Assembly (NCBI GenBank): GCA_965223855.1
Contig: CBDCXM010000009.1
Coordinates: 352,001 to 416,000 of the forward strand
Length of the DNA stretch: 64,000 bases
Source: Candidatus Multivoradales bacterium
Lineage (GTDB): Bacteria > Acidobacteriota > Thermoanaerobaculia > Multivoradales > JAHEKO01
Reading direction: 5' to 3'
Below, in pieces: positions 9,145 to 18,163 of the stretch. The position numbers and the translations under genes were made by a program. The notes under the pieces are model-generated. The model was not told the DNA's origin. It did no database searches and worked only from the letters and a program-made list of their open reading frames with translations. Position 1 is the first letter of the stretch; every line of letters begins with the position of its first letter.

Positions 9145-10545
9145 TCAGTCCCCCCGGGTCTCGCGCTCCTGGAAGCGCTCGGCGAGCGAGCGCAGGAAAC
9201 CGCTGACCCACGGCTTGATGGCGTCGAGCTCCTCGAGCAGCTGGTCGCGGCTGACCCGCTCGACGACCGTCTCTTCGAGCGTCACGACGCTCGCGGTGCG
9301 CGGCTCCGAGGTCATGATCGCCGTCTCGCCGAAGCACTCGCCCGGCCCGATGGTGCGGAGCGACACCTTCTCCCCGTCGATCTCCTTGAACACCTCGCAC
9401 GAGCCGCTGGCGATGATGTAGGCGTGCTCGCCGGGGTCCCCCTCCCGCATCAGCAGATGCCCCGCCTCGAAGGTCTCGAGCGGCAGGCTGCCGCCGCGCA
9501 TGAAGCCGACGATGTCCTGACGCAGCTCGACGACCGTCTGCTGCCTGTCCTCGGGTTTGCGCGCCATCGCTTTCTCGAGGATCCGCACCAGCTCGCGCGG
9601 TGCTCCGGCATCGTCCGGCAGCGGGGTGAAGTGGCGCTGGCGGGCCCGCAGGATCACCGTCTCGCTGGTGCGCCCCTCGTAGGGCGGCCGGCGGGCGACG
9701 AGGAAGTAGAGCATCGCGCCGACGGCGAAGATGTCCGCCCGGGCGTCCATCTCTCCCCCGGCCGCCTGCTCGGGCGACATGTAGCCCGGGGTACCGATGA
9801 CCCTCCGCCCCCAGATCCGGGTGAACGTGCTCGACACCGGGTCGTCGATCTTCGCCAGCTCGCCGTCGGGGTCCGCCAGCCTCGCCAGCCCCCAGTCGAC
9901 CAGGTAGACCTCGCCGAACTCCCCCACCATGACGTTCTCCGGCTTGACGTCGCGATGGACGACCCCTCGCTTGTGGGCGAAGGCGAGGGCGTTGCAGACC
10001 TTGACGACCACCTCCAGGAGGTCGAAGAGGGCGCCCCGCTCGATCGGCCCGGGCGGCAGCTCACGGACGAGCTCGGCGTAGGTCCGCCCCTCGAGGAGCT
10101 TCATCGTGAAGTGGAGCCGCCCGTCCTCGGTCCTTCCCAGATCGTGGACCGGCACGATGTTGGGATGCTGCAACTGACCGGTGATCTGAGCCTCCCTCAG
10201 GAACGACTGGACCGCCTGGCGTTCGTCCTCCATCTCCGTCCGCAAGAGCTTCCGCGCCAGCCGGCGCCTCAGGGTGCGGTCGTGCAGCAGCTCGACGATC
10301 GCCATCCCGCCGCTGCCGATCTCCTCGCCCGTCTCGAAGCGCTCCTCGTCAGGCGGCAGGACGTTGGCCACCAGATCCGCCTTCGCCCGTTCGTCGAGCC
10401 GTTCCGGGGGGTCGTCGCGGGAACCGAGGAGACGCTTGAACCAACCCTTCCGCGCACCGGAACCCTCCACGCGCGTCCCCTCGAGCACGGTCGCCGTACC
10501 GCCGTGTGTGCCCGATCCGGAACCGCTGGAGCGACCTTTCGTCAC
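9145..10545 (-). CDS. Hanks-type Ser/Thr protein kinase with C-terminal cyclic-nucleotide-binding domain
   Basis: IGSGGMAIV, HRDVKPEN, DWG, GTPGYMSPEQ, DIFAVG. C-terminal REGDPGEHAYII...GECFGETAIMTSEPRTASV. No TM segment. Confidence 0.93.
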   Translation of the reverse strand: MTKGRSSGSGSGTHGGTATVLEGTRVEGSGARKGWFKRLLGSRDDPPERLDERAKADLVANVLPPDEERFETGEEIGSGGMAIVELLHDRTLRRRLARKLLRTEMEDERQAVQSFLREAQITGQLQHPNIVPVHDLGRTEDGRLHFTMKLLEGRTYAELVRELPPGPIERGALFDLLEVVVKVCNALAFAHKRGVVHRDVKPENVMVGEFGEVYLVDWGLARLADPDGELAKIDDPVSSTFTRIWGRRVIGTPGYMSPEQAAGGEMDARADIFAVGAMLYFLVARRPPYEGRTSETVILRARQRHFTPLPDDAGAPRELVRILEKAMARKPEDRQQTVVELRQDIVGFMRGGSLPLETFEAGHLLMREGDPGEHAYIIASGSCEVFKEIDGEKVSLRTIGPGECFGETAIMTSEPRTASVVTLEETVVERVSRDQLLEELDAIKPWVSGFLRSLAERFQERETRGD

Positions 10546-10648
10546 CGGCGAATCGTATCAACGGCTTCGCCCCACGACTGTGGCAAACGAGGCTTCTCTC
10601 GCGACCTGCGCCAGGTCGTCGTCTCCCCGTCTCGTAACATGGCCGACA

Positions 10649-12826
10649 GTGAAGAAACGAGCCAAGGCCGGGGCTCCGAGCGCCCTGCGCGACTGGGCGC
10701 CGGTGGGCCTTTCGCTGGTGCTCCTCGTCGCCGCTATCGTCGCGACGGTCGCCGAGCCGACCGCGATGACGACCCTGCGTCACGCGGCGTTCGACGCCTA
10801 CCAGCGCCTGCAGCCCCGCGAGTACCGGCCGGCCCCGGTGCGGGTGATCGACATCGACGAGGAGAGTCTCGACCGGCACGGCCAGTGGCCGTGGCCGCGG
10901 ACGACGCTCGCCACGTTGATCGAACGGCTCGACGAAGCCGGAGCGCGCTCGATCGCCCTCGACGTCATGCTCGCCGAGCCGGACCGCACCTCGCCACAGC
11001 TCGCGCTCGAGAGTTGGGCCGCGGACCCGGCCGTCCGGGACCTGGTGGCGCGCCTGCCCGATCACGACGAGGCTCTCGAGAAGAGGCTCGCCGCCTCGCC
11101 GGTAGTCACCGGCTTCATCCTCGATCAGGAGACCCAGGGAGAGACGCCGCTCGAGAAGGGGAGGATGGTGCTCGCCGGCGATCCGGCCGCCGCCTTCCTG
11201 CCGCCGTTTCGCGGTGCCGTCACCTCTCTGCGAGCGTTCGAGGCCGCGGCGGCGGGCAACGGTGCCCTCAACATGATCCCGAGCAACGACGGCATCGTCC
11301 GTCAGCTGCCCCTGTTGCTCGGCCACGGCGGAGCGGTGCGGCCCGGTCTGGCCGCCGAGGCTCTGCGGGTCGCCGAGGGCGCCGACAACTACGTCGTCAA
11401 GGCGTCGGGGGCGAGCGGCGAGGGGCGCTTCGGCGGCCGCACCGGCATTGTCAACGTGCGGATCGGCGACCTCGAGCCGATCGTCACCGACGCGCGCGGC
11501 GCTGTCTGGCTCCACTACTCGGACCCGGTCCCCGAGCGCACGCTCCCGGCCTGGAAGGTGCTGGCGGGCGACGTCCCGGAAGGCGCTCTCGAAGGGGGCA
11601 TCCTCTTCCTCGGCACCTCCGCCGCGGGCCTCCACGACCTGCGCCTCGACCCACTCGGCCGGATCGCCCCGGGAGCAGAGGTGCACGCCCAGGGGATCGA
11701 GCAGATCCTGCAGGGGACCTATCTGACGAGGCCCGACTGGGCGCGGGCGGCCGAGATCCTCTTCATGGTGGCGATGTGGTTCGTGCTCGTCGCGCTGATC
11801 CTGCGCTTCGGCGCGCTGCCGGCGGCGGTGATCGGCATCGCGACGATCGCCGCCGCCTACCTCGGCTCGTGGTTCGCTTTCGATCGTCTGCGGCTGCTGC
11901 TCGATCCAACCTTTCCCTCGCTGTCGGCGCTGTCGATCTACTTTGTCTGCTCGGTGGCGCAGCACTGGCGCGCGGAGCGCGATCGCACCTGGATCCGCGA
12001 CGCCTTCTCGAGCTATATCTCGCCCAATCTCGTCCGGCACCTGATCGACAACCCCGGCGATCTCGCTCTCGGCGGCGAGCGACGCGAGTGCAGCTTCGTG
12101 ATGACCGACCTCGAGTCGTTCACCACACTGGTCGAGAACCTCGAACCGACGGTCGCCGTCAGCCTGCTCAACGAGTACCTCGACGGCATCGTCGACATCG
12201 CGCTGGCGCGCGACGGCACCATCGACCGCATCGTCGGCGACGCGGTAGCGGTGATGTTCTCGGCGCCGGCGGTGCAGCCCGACCACGCCGAACGCGCCGT
12301 CGCCTGCGCCCTCGAGATCGACGCGTTCGCCCGGCGCTTCAGCGCCGCCAGGGGCGAGCAGGGGGTCGAGGTCGGGCGGACGCGGATCGGCGTCAACACG
12401 GGCGTCGTCACCGTCGGCAACGTCGGCGGCGACCGGATCGTCGACTATCGTGCCCTCGGCGATCCGGTCAACACGGCCGCACGCCTCGAGACGGTCAACC
12501 GACACCTCGGTACCAACGTCTGCGTGAGCGCGGCGACCGTCGCCGCCTGCCCCGACTTCCACGGCCGCCCGATCGGACGCCTCCTGCTCAAGGGGAAATC
12601 CGAGGCGGTCGAGGCGTTCGAGCCGCTGTCGCGGGAAGAGGCGGCGGGGGCTTCGAACACGGCCTATCTGCGGGCGTTCGCCCTGATGGAGGAGGAGGCG
12701 GCGGAGGCCCCCGCCGCCTTCGACCGACTGCGGCAGCAACACCCCGACGACCCCCTGGTCGCCCTCCACGCCGATCGCCTCGCCGCCGGCGAGACCGGCT
12801 CGACCATCGCCTTCTCCGAGAAGTAG
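10649..12826 (+). CDS. CHASE2-domain class III nucleotide (adenylate/guanylate-family) cyclase
   Basis: CHASE2 motifs IDIDEESL..GQWPWPR and DGIVRQLPL, then 3 TM helices. Cyclase motifs MTDLESFT, VGDAV, RIGVNTG, GDPVNTAARLE, LKGKSEAV. GTG start at 10649 inferred. Confidence 0.93.
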   Translation: MKKRAKAGAPSALRDWAPVGLSLVLLVAAIVATVAEPTAMTTLRHAAFDAYQRLQPREYRPAPVRVIDIDEESLDRHGQWPWPRTTLATLIERLDEAGARSIALDVMLAEPDRTSPQLALESWAADPAVRDLVARLPDHDEALEKRLAASPVVTGFILDQETQGETPLEKGRMVLAGDPAAAFLPPFRGAVTSLRAFEAAAAGNGALNMIPSNDGIVRQLPLLLGHGGAVRPGLAAEALRVAEGADNYVVKASGASGEGRFGGRTGIVNVRIGDLEPIVTDARGAVWLHYSDPVPERTLPAWKVLAGDVPEGALEGGILFLGTSAAGLHDLRLDPLGRIAPGAEVHAQGIEQILQGTYLTRPDWARAAEILFMVAMWFVLVALILRFGALPAAVIGIATIAAAYLGSWFAFDRLRLLLDPTFPSLSALSIYFVCSVAQHWRAERDRTWIRDAFSSYISPNLVRHLIDNPGDLALGGERRECSFVMTDLESFTTLVENLEPTVAVSLLNEYLDGIVDIALARDGTIDRIVGDAVAVMFSAPAVQPDHAERAVACALEIDAFARRFSAARGEQGVEVGRTRIGVNTGVVTVGNVGGDRIVDYRALGDPVNTAARLETVNRHLGTNVCVSAATVAACPDFHGRPIGRLLLKGKSEAVEAFEPLSREEAAGASNTAYLRAFALMEEEAAEAPAAFDRLRQQHPDDPLVALHADRLAAGETGSTIAFSEK

Positions 12827-12827
12827 C

Positions 12828-13685
12828 TCAGCGCTCGGAGGCGGCTTCGATCCGCCGGGCCTGCTCGAGCTGCGCCTCGATGTTGGCGAGCCAGGCACGG
12901 CCGTCGGCGGTGCGCGCCAGGAGTTGCATCGCCGGCTCGCAGTAGCGCTGGACGATCTTCGAGAAGAAGTGCGGGAAGTCCGCTTCGAGGTCCCGCGGGC
13001 TACCGTAGCCGAGGCGTTCATTGACGCCCGTTTCCTCGAACTCGTAGTAGAGCGCCGGGTAGCGGCGGCGGGCGTGCGGCTCCGCCACCTGCCCGAGCAG
13101 ATCGGCGGCGCGCGCGAGCCCCGGGAGGTCTTCGACCTCCTGGTAGGCGTCCTTTTCGGGCACCGGGAAACGGGTCCGATCGATGCAGGCGGTCATCCGC
13201 TCGACGTCGAGCAGCGGATGGCTCGCGAATCGCTCGCAGACGAACTGGATGGCGCGATCGACGTGGTAAGGGCCGAGAGCGGCGTCGGTCGCCTCGAGGG
13301 GAAGCTCGACCACCGCGTCGCCGATCCCGGTCGCTCGGCGACCCGGGTCGTCACCGCGGCACAGATCCGGCACGTAACCGATGTCGTGGCACAGGAGCGA
13401 TGCGAGGACGTCCAGGCGATCGCAGGCCGGCACGGTTCCGCTCCGGTCGAGCCCTTCGAGGACCGCTTTGCCGACGAGGGTGACGAGCACCGTGTGGTGA
13501 GCGTTGTGGTAGAGCGCGTTGCACGAGGCCAGCCGCCCCAGCACCTCGACCGCGATCTCCCGCAGCGCGGCCGCATGCTCCCCCGCTTCGGGATCGGCCG
13601 CGAGAAAGCCCGCCTCCAGCCGCTCGGCGACGAGTTCGACGAGGGCGGCGGAAGGCTCGAACGATGGCGCCCCGCCGCCGATCAG
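12828..13685 (-). CDS. HD-domain metal-dependent phosphohydrolase (Npun_R2479-like), possible cNMP phosphodiesterase
   Basis: ALYHNAHHTVLVTLVG, CHDIGYV, YHVDR, RAADLLGQ. The frame is open upstream of the ORF-track start (13544) to a CTG overlapping the OmpA stop. Start uncertain. Confidence 0.8.
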   Translation of the reverse strand: MIGGGAPSFEPSAALVELVAERLEAGFLAADPEAGEHAAALREIAVEVLGRLASCNALYHNAHHTVLVTLVGKAVLEGLDRSGTVPACDRLDVLASLLCHDIGYVPDLCRGDDPGRRATGIGDAVVELPLEATDAALGPYHVDRAIQFVCERFASHPLLDVERMTACIDRTRFPVPEKDAYQEVEDLPGLARAADLLGQVAEPHARRRYPALYYEFEETGVNERLGYGSPRDLEADFPHFFSKIVQRYCEPAMQLLARTADGRAWLANIEAQLEQARRIEAASER

Positions 13686-14356
13686 CGCACCCTGACGACG
13701 ACCCTGCGATTCCGCGGTTCGCGCACCCCGTCTCCCGTCGGCACCGCCGGTTGCGATTCACCGAACGCCTCGATGGCGATCGCCGCTGCAGGGACACCGG
13801 CCTCGATCAGCCTGTCGCGCACCGCTTCGGCCCGTCGCCGCGACAGGCCGTCGTTGAGCGTCTCGGTCCCCGAAGTGTCGGTGTGACCGGCCACCCGGAT
13901 CGCCGCAGTCGCACGCTGTCGGAGGTCTTCGAGCAGCTCGTCCATCGCCCCGTCCGCCCCGCCCGCCAGCCGGGTCGTGCCGAGCTCGAAGAGGACGGTC
14001 CAGTCCGTCGGAGCGGGAGGCTCGTGCTCGATCGCCGGAGAAAAGCCGAGCTCGAGCCCGTCGACCTCCACCGTGCGGATGTCACTCAGATCGTCGAAGG
14101 AGACCGCCTCGTAGGCGGAGTCGAGCAGCGCGCTCTCGCCGTCGCGCGTCACTTCGATCGCGCCGACAGTGCCGTCCTCGTCGGGCAGCAGGACGACGTA
14201 CTGGCGCCATTCGGGCTCCTCCTCGACCGGCTCTTCGCCACCAAGGAGCGGCAGCACCACCGAGTCAGGCGGCCACCAGTGGACCGGCACCCGCTGCGCG
14301 GCACAACCTGGAAGCAGGAGAGCTCCGATCAGCACGACCGCCCGCGCTCGGTTCAT
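13682..14356 (-). CDS. OmpA-family peptidoglycan-binding lipoprotein
   Basis: Lipobox LLPGC. OmpA C-domain motifs VAGHTDTSG..N..LSRRRAEAV and FGESQP...NRRVVV. Confidence 0.92.
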   Translation of the reverse strand: MNRARAVVLIGALLLPGCAAQRVPVHWWPPDSVVLPLLGGEEPVEEEPEWRQYVVLLPDEDGTVGAIEVTRDGESALLDSAYEAVSFDDLSDIRTVEVDGLELGFSPAIEHEPPAPTDWTVLFELGTTRLAGGADGAMDELLEDLRQRATAAIRVAGHTDTSGTETLNDGLSRRRAEAVRDRLIEAGVPAAAIAIEAFGESQPAVPTGDGVREPRNRRVVVRVR

Positions 14357-14799
14357 TCGGCTGCGCTCTCCAACCTCACGAGAAATCGCGTGCCTCGGAT
14401 CCCGATCGTGCCGACCGGGGTCTCCACGTTCGCCGATTCGGGCGACAGCTTGGCGATCAGGCCGGAGACGTAGAGCAGCGTGCCGCGGGCGAGGCGGGAG
14501 AGGAACGCCCCCTCGCTCGCACCCGCCTCGTAGACGTACTCGTCGATCGTGAGACTGGTGTCGGGGCCGATCGACAGTCGGGAGTCGTCGATGAACAGCA
14601 CCCCCAGGGCGCCGTCGGATCCGGTCTCCAGGGTGTCGTCCTGGAACACCGCGGCGCCCAGCTCGGCAGCGCTGCGCTCCCCGCCCGACACGATGAAGGC
14701 ACTTCCACTCAACTCCTTGACGTGGCCGACGGGCTCGGACGCCGCGACGGCACCGGCCGAGAGGACCACGAGAACCAACCAGAGACGGCGATGCATCAC
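14353..14799 (-). CDS. Small periplasmic FecR-domain protein
   Basis: Signal peptide. DTLETGSDGALGVLFIDDSRLSIGPDT and VETPVGTIGIRGTRF (FecR core). Confidence 0.88.
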   Translation of the reverse strand: MMHRRLWLVLVVLSAGAVAASEPVGHVKELSGSAFIVSGGERSAAELGAAVFQDDTLETGSDGALGVLFIDDSRLSIGPDTSLTIDEYVYEAGASEGAFLSRLARGTLLYVSGLIAKLSPESANVETPVGTIGIRGTRFLVRLESAAE

Positions 14800-14925
14800 C
14801 TCTCCCTTCCCTTCAGATGGCTGTTACACGACCCTCACAGAATAGCACCGCCACCTCGCCGGGCAGCTGCCGACAGCGCCACACAGGTCGAAAAATCGCT
14901 ATGACAGACTACCGACACCCTACCC

Positions 14926-16737
14926 ATGGCAGATATGGCAGGTCACACCACAGGCCGCGTCCTCCTCGCCATCGCGCTCGTCGCGGTGATGGCGCCCGCT
15001 GCCTGGTCCCAGGAGGAGACGGCGCCGGTCCGCACCGCCGACGAGGAGCACGCGGCGCTCTTCCTCGAAGACCGCTTCCCGGCCGCCACGACCTGCGCCA
15101 CCTGTCACCCCGACCACTACCGCGAGTGGTCGGTGTCGCCGCACGCCTACGCGCAGATGAGCCCCGTTTTCAACGCCATGCACGGGACGATTCTCAAGCT
15201 GACCAACGGCACGAACGGCGACTTCTGCATCCGCTGCCACACGCCGGTGGGGATGAACCTCGGCGAGCCCGAGTTCATGAGCAACATGGACCGCCACCCG
15301 ACCTCGCGGGAAGGGGTCACCTGCATCGTCTGCCACCGGGTCAATCGCGCCTACGGCAAGCTCAGCGGACGGCTGGCGATCGTCGAGGGCGACGTCTTCG
15401 ACACCGTCTACGGACCGACCGGAGGCGAGGAGCTCGAGCGGGTGATCGACAGCTCCGAGTTTCGCGTCAACACCGAGCGGGGGCAGGCCGGGCGGGCGAT
15501 CCACGCCGAGGCGGAGCCGTTCTTCCAACTCCGAGAGGCGGGCATCTGCGGAACCTGCCACGACGTCAACCTGGTGAACGGCTTCCGTCTCGAGGAGGCG
15601 TTCAGCGAGTTCAAGACGTCACCGGCCGCGCGCCGGGGGGTGACGTGCCAGGACTGCCACATGGGGACGGAGCCGGGAATCGCCTCCGGGTTCCGCCAGG
15701 GGCCGGCGGCAATGATCGGCACCCGGCCGACCGCCGAGCGCCGGCTCACGAATCACATGTTCATCGGGCCGGATTACTCGATCGTCCACCCGGGGATCTT
15801 CCCGCACAACACCCGGGCCTCCGAACTGGCGACGATCCGCGACTGGCTCCAGTTCGACTGGGAAGCGGGCTGGGGCACCGACGCCTTCGAGCTCGAAGCG
15901 CCGGAGGACTACGAGTTCCCCGAGGTGTGGGCCTCCGCCGACGACCGCTACGACGCCCGCGACATCCTCGACGCCAACCTCACGCTGCTCGACGAGGCCA
16001 ACCAGGCGCGCCTCCAGCTGCTGCGCGCCGGTTACGTTCTCGGGGACACGAAGGTCGAGAAGAAGGGTCGCGGGCTCGCCTTCTCGATCGAAGTCCGCAA
16101 CGCCACCGACGGTCACGGCGTGCCGACCGGCTTCGACGCCGAGAGGCTCGTCTGGCTCGAAGTGACGGTCGCGGACGCGGACGGCGAGGTCGTCTTCCGC
16201 TCCGGCGATCTCGACCCGAACGGCGACGTGCGCGACCTGCACTCCCTCTACGTCCACAACGGCGAGCTGCCTCTCGACCGCTACCTCTTCAGCCTCCAGT
16301 CGAAGTTCCTGACCCGGATGGTGCGGGGCGGCGAGCGCGAGCAGGTGCTGGCGATCAACTACTCGCCCGACCCTCTGCCGTTCCTGCGACCCTCGGTCAC
16401 CTCGACGATCCTCACCGGGAGACCTCGCGGCGCCCGCAAGCACAAGCAGAACCTCGCTCCGCTCGGTCACCGCGTGGCGCGCTACGAGGTGCCGGCGGCC
16501 AAGCTCACCGGGCGCCCGCCGTACCGGGCCACGTTCCGGCTCAAGGCGGCGATGGTGCCGGTGAATCTGGTCCACGAAATCAAGGACGTCGGGTTCGACT
16601 ACTTCATGAGCGCTCGCGACGTCGCCGAGCGAGTGGTGGCAGGCCATCTCGTCCTCTGGGAACGACAGCTCGCCCTCGAAGACGGTGCCGAACCGCCCCA
16701 AGCCGAAGAAGCCGTGGATGCCGCCGCGTCGCCCTAG
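14926..16737 (+). CDS. Periplasmic pentaheme c-type cytochrome (c554-like N-domain plus heme-free C-domain)
   Basis: Signal peptide (AWS-QEE). 5 CxxCH: CATCH, CIRCH, CIVCH, CGTCH, CQDCH. GHGVPTGF motif in the C-domain. Confidence 0.9.
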   Translation: MADMAGHTTGRVLLAIALVAVMAPAAWSQEETAPVRTADEEHAALFLEDRFPAATTCATCHPDHYREWSVSPHAYAQMSPVFNAMHGTILKLTNGTNGDFCIRCHTPVGMNLGEPEFMSNMDRHPTSREGVTCIVCHRVNRAYGKLSGRLAIVEGDVFDTVYGPTGGEELERVIDSSEFRVNTERGQAGRAIHAEAEPFFQLREAGICGTCHDVNLVNGFRLEEAFSEFKTSPAARRGVTCQDCHMGTEPGIASGFRQGPAAMIGTRPTAERRLTNHMFIGPDYSIVHPGIFPHNTRASELATIRDWLQFDWEAGWGTDAFELEAPEDYEFPEVWASADDRYDARDILDANLTLLDEANQARLQLLRAGYVLGDTKVEKKGRGLAFSIEVRNATDGHGVPTGFDAERLVWLEVTVADADGEVVFRSGDLDPNGDVRDLHSLYVHNGELPLDRYLFSLQSKFLTRMVRGGEREQVLAINYSPDPLPFLRPSVTSTILTGRPRGARKHKQNLAPLGHRVARYEVPAAKLTGRPPYRATFRLKAAMVPVNLVHEIKDVGFDYFMSARDVAERVVAGHLVLWERQLALEDGAEPPQAEEAVDAAASP

Positions 16738-18163
16738 GGGCTTGCTGAGGAACCCTCGTGGGTCGCGCGCCGGCCTCATCTTCGCCGCCGCGACGCTGAT
16801 GGCGACGGCGATCGGCGCCGCCGAGCCTCCCACCGAGGGAGACGGCGAGAGCGCGAGCCGCCTCACCGACGAGGCGATCCCACTGCAGGTCGATGCGGTA
16901 CCCGAGCGGCCGAAGCCGCCCCTCGAGCTCGGCGAACCGTTCCTCGGCACCGGCACCCTGCGCCCCGGCTTCCGACTGCCGACCGGCGCCGTGTGGCAGC
17001 CGGCGCTCGTCGCTTTCGGCTCCCTGAGGACCGCGGCCCAGAGCTTCGACTCCGGCGCCGGCAGGGTGAGCGAGCTCGTCGCCCGGTTGGACCTCTTCGC
17101 CAACCTTCAGCTCTCGGGAACGGAGCGCGTGGTCGTCGGCTTCCGGCCGCTCGACCGCGACGGTCGCTTCACCTCGTACGTCTTCTCGAGCGACGTCCCG
17201 GGGATCGAGGACGGGTCCCGCGACGAGTGGAACGGCGAGGTGACGAGCGTCTACTTCGAGGGAGACTTCGGCGAGATCTTCCCCAATCTCTCGAAGGACG
17301 ACTTCAGCCGCACCGACGTAGGTTTCTCGGCCGGCCGTCAGCCGCTGATCTTCCAGGAAGGGATGCTGATCAACGACTCGATCGACGGCATCGGGTTGAC
17401 CCGCAACACGCTTCAGCCGGGCAATCTGTCGAACTTCCGCGCCACGCTCTTCCTCGGCTTCGACGAGGTCGGCCGGCCCGACCGCATCGACGACGACGCG
17501 CGGCTCGTCGCGCTCCTGACCTCGACCGATACCAGGAGGTCGACCTGGGACGTCGATCTCGCGTGGGTGGAATCGCAGGTCGAGGGAGACCTCCTGGCCG
17601 GCGGGATCAGCGCGATTCAGAGACTCGGGCACTACAACACCGCGTTTCGACTGCTCGGCTCTTCAGCCCTCGACCGGGAAAGCGACCTCGTCTCCGACGG
17701 CTGGCTGCTGCTCAACGAGGTGTCGTGGACGCCGCACCACAGCCACGACCTCGTCTACGTCAACACCTTCGTCGCCGCCGACCGCTTCTCGTCCGCGGCG
17801 CGCGGGCCGAGCACCGGAGGCCCGCTCGGGCGCGCGGGCATCAACTTCGCTGCCGTCGGGCTGGGCAACTACGGCGCGGCGCTGAGCTCGGAGGCCGAGG
17901 ACGTCGCCGGCGCGGCGGTCGGCTACCAGCGCTTCTTCGATCACACCCGCAAGCAGCTCCTCGTCGAGGCTGGCGCGCGTCTCGGCACCCGTTCCGGGAG
18001 CGCCGACTCCGCCGCCGTCACCGTGCGGTTTCAGACCGCGCTCAAGCGCCACTACGTGCTGGTGCTCGATGCCTTCGGCGGCTACCGCGACCCGGGACCC
18101 GCAGCACCCGGCGGCCGGCAGGAGCTACTCGGTGCGCGGGTCGAACTGGTGACGAAGTTCTGA
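16718..18163 (+). CDS. Putative outer-membrane beta-barrel (porin) protein
   Basis: Signal-like N-terminus, many amphipathic beta-strand patterns, C-terminal ARVELVTKF ending in Phe. Sandwiched between two multiheme cytochromes. Start uncertain (16718 or 16742). Confidence 0.7.
   Translation: MPPRRPRGLLRNPRGSRAGLIFAAATLMATAIGAAEPPTEGDGESASRLTDEAIPLQVDAVPERPKPPLELGEPFLGTGTLRPGFRLPTGAVWQPALVAFGSLRTAAQSFDSGAGRVSELVARLDLFANLQLSGTERVVVGFRPLDRDGRFTSYVFSSDVPGIEDGSRDEWNGEVTSVYFEGDFGEIFPNLSKDDFSRTDVGFSAGRQPLIFQEGMLINDSIDGIGLTRNTLQPGNLSNFRATLFLGFDEVGRPDRIDDDARLVALLTSTDTRRSTWDVDLAWVESQVEGDLLAGGISAIQRLGHYNTAFRLLGSSALDRESDLVSDGWLLLNEVSWTPHHSHDLVYVNTFVAADRFSSAARGPSTGGPLGRAGINFAAVGLGNYGAALSSEAEDVAGAAVGYQRFFDHTRKQLLVEAGARLGTRSGSADSAAVTVRFQTALKRHYVLVLDAFGGYRDPGPAAPGGRQELLGARVELVTKF

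Noticed and set aside
10649-12826. Cyclase plus cNMP-domain proteins as a Pycsar/CBASS defence system
   Set aside because: It is a CHASE2 membrane receptor cyclase, there is no TIR or PycTM-type effector, and codon usage is host-like.
9013-12945. 1310-aa plus-strand ORF
   Set aside because: Arg/Pro/Gly-rich shadow frame overlapping the kinase (antisense) and the cyclase (off-frame). No motifs; expected in high-GC DNA.
14822-14839. TGTTA-N8-TCACA as a CRP-type site in the fecR/cytochrome divergent region
   Set aside because: Spacer is 8 rather than 6 bp and the symmetry is imperfect. Insufficient evidence.
16993-18162. N-terminal extension making a 1069-aa cytochrome
   Set aside because: Off-frame overlap with the barrel gene. 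The true start with signal peptide is the TGATG at 18163.
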